In this document: in pieces, positions 55,069 to 64,000 of the stretch
How positions within the stretch are numbered: position 1 is the stretch's first letter
How the letters are laid out: every line of letters starts with the position of its first letter
NCBI GenBank assembly: GCA_964016885.1
Contig: OZ024765.1
Coordinates: 2,790,001-2,854,000, forward strand
Reading direction: 5' to 3'
DNA length: 64,000 nt
Origin: Eledone cirrhosa
Lineage: Eukaryota
The notes under the pieces: model-generated
Seen by the model: the letters and a program-made list of their open reading frames with translations, nothing else
What the model was told of the DNA's origin: nothing
Databases searched by the model: none
Made by a program: the position numbers and the translations under genes

Positions 55069-56225
55069 TTCTCTCTCTCTCTCTCTCTCCTCCTCTCTCT
55101 CTCTCTCTCTCTTCTTCTCTCTCTCTCTCTCCTCCTCTCTCTCTCTCCCCTCCTCTCTCTCTCTCTCTCCCCTCCTCTCTCTCTCTCCTCCTCTCTTCTC
55201 TCTCTCTCTCTCTCCTTCTCTCTTCTTCTCTCTCTCTCTACTCTCCTTCTCTCTTCTCTCTCATCTCTCCTTCTCTCTCTCTCTCTCCTTCTCTCTCTCT
55301 CTCTCCTTCTCTCTTCTTCCTCTCTCTCTCTCTCTCTCTCTCCTCCTCTCTCCTTCTCTCTCTCTCTCGTCCTCCTCTCTCCTTCTCTCTCTCTCTCTCC
55401 TCCTCTCTCTCTCTCTCTCCCCTCTCTCTTCTTCTCTCTCTCCTCCTCCTCTCTTCTTCTCTCTCTCCTCCTCCTCTCCTCCTCTCTTCTTCTCTCTCTC
55501 CTCACTCCTCTCCTCCTCTCTTCTTCTCTCTCTCCTCCTCCTTTCCTCCTCTCTCTCCTCCTCTCTCTCTCCTCTCTCTCTTCTCTCTCCTCCTCTCTCT
55601 CTTCTCTCTCTCCTCCTCTCTCTCTCTTCTCTCTCCTCCTCTCTCTCTTCTCTCTCTCTTCTCTCTCCTCTCTCTCTCTTCTCTCTCTCTTCTTCTCTCT
55701 CTCCTCCTCCTCTCTTCTTCTCTCTCTCTCCTCCTCCTCTCCTCCTCTCTTCTTCTCTCTCTCCTCCTCCTCTCCTCCTCTCTCTTCTCTCTCTCCTCCT
55801 CCTCTCCTCCTCTCTTCTTCTCTCTCTCCTCCTCCTCTCCTCCTCTCTTCTTCTCTCTCTCCTCCTCCTCTCCTCCTCCTCCTCTCTTCTTCTCTCTCTC
55901 CTCCTCTCCTCCTCTCTTCTTCTCTCTCCTCTCTCTCTCCTCCTCCTCTCTCTCCTCCTCTCTCTCTTCTCTCTTCTCCTCTCTCTCTTCTCTCTTCTCC
56001 TCTCTCTCTTCTCTCTTCTCTCTCTCTTCTCCTCTCTCTCTTCTCTCTTCTTCTCCTCTCTCTCTTCTCTCTTCTCCTCTCTCCTCCTCTCTCTCCTCCT
56101 CTCTCTCTTCTCTCTCCTCCTCTCTCTCTCCTCCTCTCTCTCTCCTCCTCTCTCTCCTCCTCTCTCTCTCTTCTCTCTCCTCCTCTCTCTCTCTTCTCTC
56201 TCTCCTCCTCTCTTCTCTCTCTCTA
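55069..56225. repeat. ~1.15-kb (CT)/(CTT)/(CCT) polypyrimidine tract
   Basis: Almost purine-free plus strand. Confidence 0.97.
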
Positions 56226-56621
56226 CATATATGTGCATATATATATGCATCATTCTCTTTCTCTCTCTATATATATATATATATATATCTGTCTCTTTCT
56301 CTCCGCTCGCTCTCTCTCTCTCTATATATATATATGCACATTCTCTCTCTCTATATATATATATGCACATTCTCTCTCTATATATATATATTTATAATAT
56401 ATATATATATATATCTGTCTCTTTCTCTTTCTATCTCTCATTCTCCCTTTATCTCTATCACTCTCTCTATATATCTCTAGGAAATAGTATGACCCCGACG
56501 GCAGAGCTCAAGCCATTTCGACAGCTATTTCTCTTCTCCCATCTACCACCTTTTTCTACTCTTCTTTCATTCTATTCGTTCTTCTTTCTATCATATCTTT
56601 GTCATTATTTCTGCCTTCATA

Positions 56622-56825
56622 AGGCGACAAGATTGGCAGAATCAGTAGAGCGTTGGACAAATGCATAGCAGTATTTATTCTGACTCTTTACATTCTGAGT
56701 TCAAATCCCACCGAAGTTAACTTTGTTTTTTATCCTTCCAGGGTTGATAAAATAAAATACCGGTAATGTTCTGAGGGTAAATTTAATCGACTTTCCTCTT
56801 CCCCAAATATTACTGGCTTTATACC
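56622..56825 (+). mobile_element. tRNA-derived SINE, family A
   Basis: A box tggcagaatcag, B box gagttcaaatcc, body ttgataaaataaaataccggtaa. Confidence 0.8.
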
Positions 56826-56830
56826 AGTTA

Positions 56831-57010
56831 TCATCATCATCATCATTTTACGTCCCCTTTTCCCTGCTTGCAAGGGTGGGACGGGTCCTATTCAGCACAG
56901 CATCTCTCCACTTGTCACGGTCCTTCTTCAGCAATCTGAGGTCTGCTCTCACCACCTCCGCCCATGTTTTTCGTGGTCTCCCTCTACTGGCATTTCCTGG
57001 CACTTCTTTA
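56831..57010 (-). pseudogene. 3' end of a second RTE subfamily with (GAT)n tail
   Basis: Minus-strand translation VPGNASRGRPRKTWAEVVRADLRLLKKDRDKWRDAVL, then ggacgtaaaa(tga)n. Confidence 0.8.
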
Positions 57011-57194
57011 CCCAGCGGTCATCAGAATTTAGAAAAAATGATTTCTTCTTTCACACACACACACACATATCTTAAAATGTCCACCATCAAATCATGTTGA
57101 CGAACTTCAGGTCATCTTGAAATGTCCACCACAAGATCATATTGACGGCTTAACAGACTGAGCACAAACAATAACAACCAGACCCATCTTTTCA

Positions 57195-57205
57195 TTTATT
57201 TTATT
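57195..57205 (-). promoter_or_regulatory. Candidate MBIP polyadenylation signal (overlapping AATAAA hexamers)
   Basis: Plus-strand tttattttatt, ~720 nt downstream of the stop codon. Confidence 0.4.
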
Positions 57206-57574
57206 CAAAATTCATAAAGACAATGTCATATTTTTTTTCATTATATTTACATATTTACATATTTAAATAATTTGATGATGATGGCTTTTAAATTAGAACC
57301 AGTTTCTGATGCTAGCATAGTCACAGTAAATAGGAAAGCTTTGGTTTAATTGTTCAAAGAACTTAGCCAGTATCTGGGAGATACAAGGTTCAACTCCTCA
57401 GCAGCAAATAGCAATTTCTTTTCCCCATCTTTAACCCTTTAACATTTAAACCGGCCATATCCGGCCAGAATTCTCTCACCTTTTTCTGTCCAAACCGGTT
57501 GTAACCAGCCATTCGTACTGATGTTAAGGTATTGTTATCAAAATAAATAACATCAAAATCTCATAGATTCGATA

Positions 57575-57760
57575 TTATGTGAGGTAAAGCCTTTACCATG
57601 AAAGTATAATAGTAAATATAGAGTAATGTAAATGGTATGTGAGGTAAAGCCTTTACCATGAAAATACAATAGTAAATATAGAGTATTGTAAATGGTATGT
57701 GAGGTAAAGCCTTTACCATGAAAATACAATAGTAAAATATAGAGTATTGTAAATGGTATA
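57575..57760. repeat. 60-bp tandem repeat x3 in the presumed MBIP 3' UTR
   Basis: tatgtgaggtaaagcctttaccatgaaaatacaatagtaaatatagagtattgtaaatgg. Confidence 0.85.
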
Positions 57761-57918
57761 TATCTGTCCAGTGATTCTTTTCCCAAGACAGTGAATAAAC
57801 AGTGATGATGTAGTGGCTGTCATGCTGTGACACATGACAATATACAGTGATGTAGTGGCTGTCATGCTGATACAGCTGACAAATGCACAGTGATGATGTA
57901 GTGGCTGACAATGCCTTT

Positions 57919-57999
57919 CTACATAGGTTTTGTCTGTCTTCTATTCAATGATTTTCTCAGAGATTTGATTCTTTTGTTTATCTCCCACATACTCAAATC
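57919..57999 (-). CDS. MBIP: MBIP last coding exon
   Basis: Acceptor tctttttag; DLSMWEINKRIKSLRKSLNRRQTKPM* resembles the MBIP C-terminal coiled coil; phase 0. Confidence 0.85.
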   Translation of the reverse strand, partial: DLSMWEINKRIKSLRKSLNRRQTKPM

Positions 58000-58438
58000 C
58001 TAAAAAGACAACAAATAATTTATTTATTAATTAATCCATTCGTTAAACATATTTTTAATATTTCTAATTAAAGTCACAATTTAGTTTCAATAATTTGAAG
58101 AGATTTAGTAATATAACTAACTTTCTCATTATTAAGCTGGTGTTTGGAACATAACTTAACAAAAGTCCTAATATAAAATTATGATGGGAGGTTTTTTAGA
58201 TAAATATAAACACTTTAAAACAGTTTTGTACCATAGAACCATAGGCATTGGAACATAACTTAACAAAGGTGCTTATATAAAAAATATGCTGGAAGGTTTT
58301 TTAGATAAATATAAACACTTTAAAACAGGGGTGAGTTAAAATGGCTTGGTTTGAAAAGGGGTGAAATAATCCCAAATAATTTACATTTGTGAAGGGGTAG
58401 GGGTGACTAAGAGAGGGGGTAGGGATGTTAGATGTTAC

Positions 58439-58513
58439 CTGATTAGCAGGGGCCTCGTTTCTACAGGTGCTGGTATATTGTTTTCTTTTCCTGTCAGGGA
58501 TCAGCTGTTGGTT
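58439..58513 (-). CDS. MBIP: MBIP coding exon
   Basis: cccccacag|NQQLIPDRKRKQYTSTCRNEAPANQ|gtaaca; 75 nt, phase 0-0; basic NLS-like RKRK. Confidence 0.82.
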
Positions 58514-58617
58514 CTGTGGGGGATAAAAGAGAGAGAGGTGATAAGGTGGATCTCGTAGGAGGTTATATACATACGCATATGTATATATATATATATATAC
58601 ACATACACACACATATA

Positions 58618-58812
58618 TCATCATCATCACCGTTTTACATCCATTCTTCCACGCTAGCATGGGTTAGACGGGTTGTCCTGTTGTCGGCAGTGTCCGGTCG
58701 GCTGACCATGTCTTGCTCATACAGGAACTGATCTGGCTTGATTTCTACAGCTGGATGCCCTTCCTAACACCAACCTCATTTACAGTGAGTGCTGGGTGCT
58801 TTTTTACTGTGG
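58618..58812 (-). mobile_element. RTE-type SINE/LINE 3' tail
   Basis: Reverse complement similar to 60930-61108. Confidence 0.8.
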
Positions 58813-58889
58813 CACATAGAGCACTCTTTTTTCTTTTAATTTTTCTACGGAAATACTTATCATATATATTTACACACACATATATATAC

Positions 58890-58973
58890 GTACATACACA
58901 CTTTGATTACCTGTACAGGTAATATTTATTAGAATGCTGTTGAAGTGTATATACATTTTAGGGGGACACCCTG
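58890..58973 (-). mobile_element. MITE M2 copy
   Basis: Reverse complement of 9550-9635. Confidence 0.7.
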
Positions 58974-59076
58974 TGTGTGTGTGTATATATATAGATATAT
59001 ATATGTGTGTGTGTGTATACAAAACACGCAAATACCATCCATAACATGACCACCACCACCAACAACAACAACTTAC

Positions 59077-59177
59077 CTGAAATTCAAAATACTCAGGTGA
59101 AAGACTCTCAAGAAACAAGATCCTTTTTTCCAGATTTTTTAAGGTGTCAAATATTTCCGATTTCTTTAAATCAGCTC
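59077..59177 (-). CDS. MBIP: MBIP coding exon
   Basis: tttttccag|(R)ADLKKSEIFDTLKNLEKRILFLESLSPEYFEFQ|gtaagt; matches the MBIP LExxSPEYF motif; phase 1-0. Confidence 0.92.
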
Positions 59178-59701
59178 CTGGAAAAATGTATATATATATA
59201 TATTATCATCATCACAATTTAACATCCATTTTCCCATGCTAGCATGGGTCAGACAGATTGATTATTCAGGACCTGAGAGTACATAGATAGAGAAAAGGTA
59301 ATGCTGTGTGTTTTTGAGGTGACAGAAAGAGGTAGCTAGATAGAAGGTTATGACTTCGCCCCCATCTATATATATAGAGAGAGAGAGGGGGAGCAAACAC
59401 ACACACACACACTCTCTCTCATCGTCATCATCATTTAACGTCTATCTTCTACGCTAGAATGGGTTTCCGTCTAACCAATGCTAGCGTGGAAGATAGACGT
59501 TAAACAATGATGATGTTTAGCGAGTGTGTGAGAGAGTGCGTGTGTGTGTGTGTGTGTGTGTGTGAGTGTGAGTGTGTGTGTGTGTGTGTGTGTGAGTGAG
59601 ACAGAAAAAGGAAAAAGATGAGGTCGCTCTCATCTCGTAGATAATGTTAAAGACATACAGCTAAGTAAGTAGAAGAAAAAAAGAAACTGTGTGCTATTTA
59701 C

Positions 59702-59887
59702 GTTCTATGTGGAGGTGAGCTGCCATGTTAGAGATGCGTTCTTCCACTCCCGGAGGAATATCACTAGGTTCCCGCTTCACTGGGACTGGGTCTTCTGTCT
59801 CTTGTTTAATTTTAGAGAACAAGGAATAGGAGGGGACACAGCTTGGAATGTGGAGCTGGGGGCCGTTGATGTTTTCAACACGAGACA
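59702..59887 (-). CDS. MBIP: MBIP coding exon
   Basis: ctccag|(V)SRVENINGPQ...GVEERISNMAAHLHIE|gtaaat; MBIP VSRVxNxxGPQ and VEERxxNxxAHL motifs; 186 nt, phase 1-1. Confidence 0.92.
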
Positions 59888-60280
59888 CTGGAGTAGATAT
59901 AGAGTGAATATATTATAGACAACATGATAAAACAGATGGGGGGGGGGGGATATATATATAGAGAGAGAGAGATAGATACATATAAATGTCTGTATAGTAT
60001 ATATATATATAGAGAGAGAGAGAGATAGATACATATAAATGTCTGTATAGTATATATATATATATATATATAGATGCATATATATGTCTGTATATATATA
60101 TATATATATGTGTGTGTAAAAGGTAAACAGAAATAACACAAACGATACTGTATATAGAAGGAATACCTTAACATCAGTATGAGTGGCAAGTTACAGCTGG
60201 TTTGAACAGAAAGAGTTGAAAGAATTGTGGCCAGATTAAATACTAAAGGGTTAAAGAGGAGGTAGCACATGGACCCTTAC

Positions 60281-60352
60281 CAGTAACATGACTCCTGGTT
60301 CCTGACCGAGGCAGAAAAACAGCCCCTGTTCTTGCACAGTGTTCCTTCTCCA
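60281..60352 (-). CDS. MBIP: MBIP coding exon
   Basis: tttcag|(V)EKEHCARTGAVFLPRSGTRSHVT|gtaagg; MBIP CART..F.P..G..SHV motif; 72 nt, phase 1-1. Confidence 0.92.
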
Positions 60353-60391
60353 CTGAAATATATAACACAGTCACATATTAATGATATGAGG

Positions 60392-60423
<32 letters not shown>

Positions 60424-60496
60424 CATTATTCTATGTACTATTTATGCACCTTTGATGAGTTGTAGTGCACCTGAACACTGTACACAATAATTTCAT

Positions 60497-60533
<37 letters not shown>

Positions 60534-60660
60534 ACCAATAAAAAAATAAAAAATATATATATGAAATCGTGTGTCGAAACAAATATTGTTATACTTGGGG
60601 AGGGTCATATTTGTGTGATAATATTGCCAGAATTAATAACAGAACGGGAGGAAACATAAT

Positions 60661-60707
60661 AGCACCACTGACGATGTTGCAGATGTGCAACGAAAGAACT
60701 TTGTTAG
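60661..60707 (+). ncRNA. Degenerate hammerhead-like motif between 28-bp inverted repeats
   Basis: CUGACGA-U-GUUGCA-GAUG-UGCAAC-GAAAG-AA-CUU; stem I is weak; inverted repeat 60618-60645/60846-60873. Confidence 0.45.
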
Positions 60708-60889
60708 ACTATATATATGTGTTTGTATCTATATTATATCTGTATTTTTGACTGTTGGTCAGTCAATGGTAACATTGAGGACCGAATAAATTAAATTAAC
60801 CAATATAAAGGACACAGAAGCGAAAACCAACCAAACAGTGAGTGTGTTCTGTTATTAATTCTGGCAATATTATTACAGAAACAATTATT

Positions 60890-61106
60890 GCCCACACTGT
60901 AAAGTGGACGTGTAGGTGCCACGAAAGAAGCACCCAGCACTCACTGTAAATGAGGTTGGTTAGGAAGGGCATCCAGCTGTAGAAATCAAGCTAGAATCAG
61001 TTCCTGTATGAGCAAGGCATGGTCAGCCGACCAGACACTGCCCACAACAGGACAACCCATCTAACCCATGCTAGCATGGAAGAACGGACGTAAAACGGTG
61101 ATGATG

Positions 61107-61108
<2 letters not shown>
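60890..61108 (+). mobile_element. RTE-type SINE/LINE 3' tail
   Basis: aggaagggcatccagctgtagaaa...ccatgctagcatggaagaacggacgtaaaacgg(tga)n. Confidence 0.8.
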
Positions 61109-61151
<43 letters not shown>

Positions 61152-61555
61152 TAGTCTACGACTCCATTTATACCATAAACATGGTTTTGTCTTTGCATGT
61201 ATTTGTTCTCACCGCTCCACATAATGACATATTATCTACAGCTTTTTATTTCCGTCCATTGCCAGGGAACGTTTCCACGAACCAAAGTATCGTCTTCCTG
61301 TCTTCCTTCGGTTGCAACGTTTTTCGAAATATTTACTTCTGCATTCACAGATTGATTTTTTTTAGTTTCAGAAGATCCCGTTAAGGGTGAAAGCGTTTCT
61401 TTGCTTAAACTTTAATCTGTTATTTTAATATATATATGTGTGTGTGTATGTATGTGTATATATATTCAAAAGGCAAACAGAAATAACAAAGCAAATGACA
61501 CAGTACAATGAAGAAATATATTATTAGTTTTACACTTGATATAGCAGCAAAAGAG

Positions 61556-61591
61556 TCTTAACGTTTCGGACGCTAGTCCTTCATCAGAAGA
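61556..61591 (-). ncRNA. Minimal hammerhead ribozyme (Penelope-type, helix III reduced to palindromic AACGUU)
   Basis: Minus strand UCUU-CUGAUGA-A-GGAC-UAGC-GUCC-GAAAC-GUU-AAGA. Confidence 0.72.
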
Positions 61592-61637
61592 AAGAGAAAT
61601 TAAAGAAATAGAGGGGAAGAGAGGGAACAGTAGTTAC

Positions 61638-61734
61638 CATGATATGGAAAAAATTCAGAACAAAATTCTCGTCTGTTTTCTTCATCAACATCCAACCTCT
61701 TCTGTTCAATGAAGGCTGCAATACGTCTGTCTAT
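61638..61734 (-). CDS. MBIP: MBIP coding exon
   Basis: ctctccctatag|[32 protein letters not shown]|gtaact; matches the MBIP IDRRIxAFIE..REFC motif; 97 nt, phase 0-1. Confidence 0.95.
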
Positions 61735-61996
61735 CTATAGGGAGAGAGATTGATATATATATATATATATATATAATATATATATATATGTATGTAATAT
61801 ATATATATATGTATGTATATATATATAGATATAGATATAGATAGATATATATAGATAGATAGATAGATATAGATAGATATAGATAGATATAGATATAGAT
61901 AGATATAGATATAGATAGATATAGATAGATATATATATATAGATATATATATAGAGAGAGAGAGAGAGATTTACATATATATATAGAGATTTATAT

Positions 61997-62213
61997 GACT
62001 CCAGTTCCCCAGTGAATTAACAACCCAACAAGGAACTGGGCATATCAGAGTATTGACAATATCATACACCTAAACAACATATGTACTTGTCTATACCATA
62101 CTAATTCAAACTGCCTGAAGAGGTCACAGCCAAAGATGGCTGTCACCGAAATATATATAGCAGTAATAAACGAAGCTAAATTTTAATCATTTGACTTTTA
62201 TTTAACTTTATTT
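61997..62213 (+). mobile_element. 217-bp hammerhead-bearing insertion with a 15-bp flanking direct repeat (probable TSD)
   Basis: tatagagatttatat at 61982-61996 and 62214-62228; hammerhead followed by AATAAA. Confidence 0.7.
62110..62164 (+). ncRNA. Type I hammerhead ribozyme motif
   Basis: Stem I ACUGC/GCAGU; CUGAAGA; stem II GGU(C)ACAGCCA/UGGCUGU(C)ACC; GAAAU-AUAU-AUA. Confidence 0.8.
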
Positions 62214-62228
62214 TATAGAGATTTATAT

Positions 62229-62710
62229 ATAGATAGATAGATATAGATAGATATAGATAGATAGATAGATATAGATAGATATAGATAGATATAGATAGAG
62301 ATAGATAGAGATAGATAGAGATAGATAGAGATAGATAGATAGAGATAGATAGATAGAGATAGATAGATAGAGATAGATAGATATAGATAGAGATAGATAG
62401 ATATAGATAGATATAGATAGAGATAGATAGAGATAGATAGAGATAGATAGAGATAGATAGAGATAGATAGAGATAGAGATAGAGATAGATAGAGATAGAT
62501 AGAGATAGATAGAGATAGATAGATAGAGATAGATAGAGATAGATAGAGATAGATAGATATAGATAGAGATAGATAGAGATAGATAGATGTAGATAGATGT
62601 AGATAGATATAGATAGATATAGATATATAGATAGATAGATATAGATAGATATAGATAGATATAGATAGATAGATATATATATATAGATAGATAGAGAGAG
62701 AGAGAGATTT
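62229..62710. repeat. (GATA)/(GA) microsatellite complex
   Basis: Simple repeats. Confidence 0.95.
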
Positions 62711-62868
62711 ACATATATATATATAGCAGGGAAAAGCGGACGTAAAATGATGATGATGAAAGAGAAATAGACACGCAAGCAGACATAAACATATAGATGG
62801 TGGTGGTGGTGGTGGTAGTAGTGGCAGTAGTAGTGGTGGTTATGTTGACAAAACATAATATTACGAAC

Positions 62869-63132
62869 CTCAGATTTACTGGCTGTGATTTGGATTAAAT
62901 TTTTATCTGTGAAGGATTTCCTCACGGGCCAGGCAACATCTTCTTCTGGGTTGTTCTCCTGACCTCTGGAGGAAGGCCATAGTGGTGGTGGTGGTGATAG
63001 GGTTAGCTGACCTGCCTGCTCAGTATTCTGTGCTGGTCCCATCATACACTTATCACCTTCGTCAGTTGAGGTCAGCGTCTCGACCACAGCAGGGGTCTCA
63101 CTCCGGGGACCATCCATTTCATGTTTGATTGC
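62869..63132 (-). CDS. MBIP: MBIP coding exon (most 5' exon visible in the window)
   Basis: tttctctccag|AIKHEMDGPRSE...NLIQITASKSE|gttcgt; 264 nt, phase 0-0; joins in frame to IDRRI as in MBIP QI.A.K.EIDRRI. Confidence 0.88.
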
Positions 63133-63164
63133 CTGGAGAGAAATTACAGAATTTAAATTTAAAC

Positions 63165-64000
63165 CACATTAAATATTAAAGTCTTTACTGTAATACTGTA
63201 AATATTCACAACAATCTGTCCACTAGTAAAGATACTATAAACATTTAGTACAAAACACCACTATGACTACATCACATTAAATATTAAAGTCTTTACTGTA
63301 ATACTGTAAATATTCACAACAATCTGTCCACCAGTAAAGATACTATAAACATTTAGTACAAAACAACGCTATGACTACATCACATTAAATATTAAAGTCT
63401 TTACTGTAATACTGTAAATATTCACAACAATCTGTCCACCAGTAAAGATACTATAAACATTTAGTACAAAACACCACTATGACTACATCACATTAAATAT
63501 TAAAGTCTTTACTGTAATACTGTAAATATTCACAACAATCTGTCCCCCAGTAAAGATACTATAAACATTTAGTACAAAACAACACTATGACTACATCACA
63601 TTAAATATTAAAGTCTTTACTGTAATACTGTAAATATTCACAACAATCTGTCCACCAGTAAAGATACTATAAACATTTAGTACAAAACAACACTATGACT
63701 ACATCACATTAAATATTAAAGTCTTTACTGTAATACTGTAAATGTTCACAACAATCTGTCCACCAGTAAAGATACTATAAACATTTAGTACAAAACAACA
63801 CTATGACTACATTACATTAAATATTAAAGTCTTTACTGTAATACTGTAAATGTTCACAACAATCTGTCCACCAGTAAAGATACTATAAACATTTAGTACC
63901 AAACAACACTATGACTACATCACATTAAATATTAAAGTCTTTACTGTAATACTGTAAATTTTCACAACAATCTGTCCACCAGTAAAGATACTATAAACAT
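63165..64000. repeat. 108-bp intronic satellite, 7.7+ copies, running off the window
   Basis: Unit cacattaaatattaaagtctttactgtaatactgtaaatattcacaacaatctgtccaccagtaaagatactataaacatttagtacaaaacaacactatgactacat. Confidence 0.97.

Noticed and set aside
54969-56480. Arg/Glu-rich and Leu/Ser-rich long ORFs
   Set aside because: Translations of the CT/GA tract.
62176-62868. C-terminal part of the 313-aa ORF
   Set aside because: Intronic read-through past the MBIP donor at 62868 into GATA repeats.

Overview
AT-rich, microsatellite-saturated animal genomic DNA. The SINE/RTE repeat landscape resembles octopus/cephalopod genomes (inference). Almost all ORFs in the supplied track are translations of simple repeats. 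Supported content: (1) seven minus-strand coding exons of MBIP (MAP3K12-binding inhibitory protein 1; 63132->57919, 5' end beyond the window), with phase-consistent GT-AG junctions; (2) a probable terminal exon of a single-pass mucin-like membrane protein ending in EFYV (30262->29120), whose stalk is a stop-free 20-bp minisatellite; (3) a near-full-length RTE-clade LINE ORF (APE + RT with an inserted PHD-type finger, 36320-39346) lying between TA tracts, plus RTE fragments, two tRNA-derived SINE families and two Tc1/mariner-type MITE families; (4) many minisatellites/satellites, several visibly derived from LINE or SINE segments or from one modular element; (5) at least 11 well-formed type I hammerhead ribozyme motifs from several unrelated short non-coding families, probably Penelope-like/retrozyme-type. 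Most occur as divergent inverted pairs forming long hairpins next to TA tracts, and others lie in MBIP introns. There is one 200-N assembly gap. Coordinates were read by eye; repeat boundaries are approximate.
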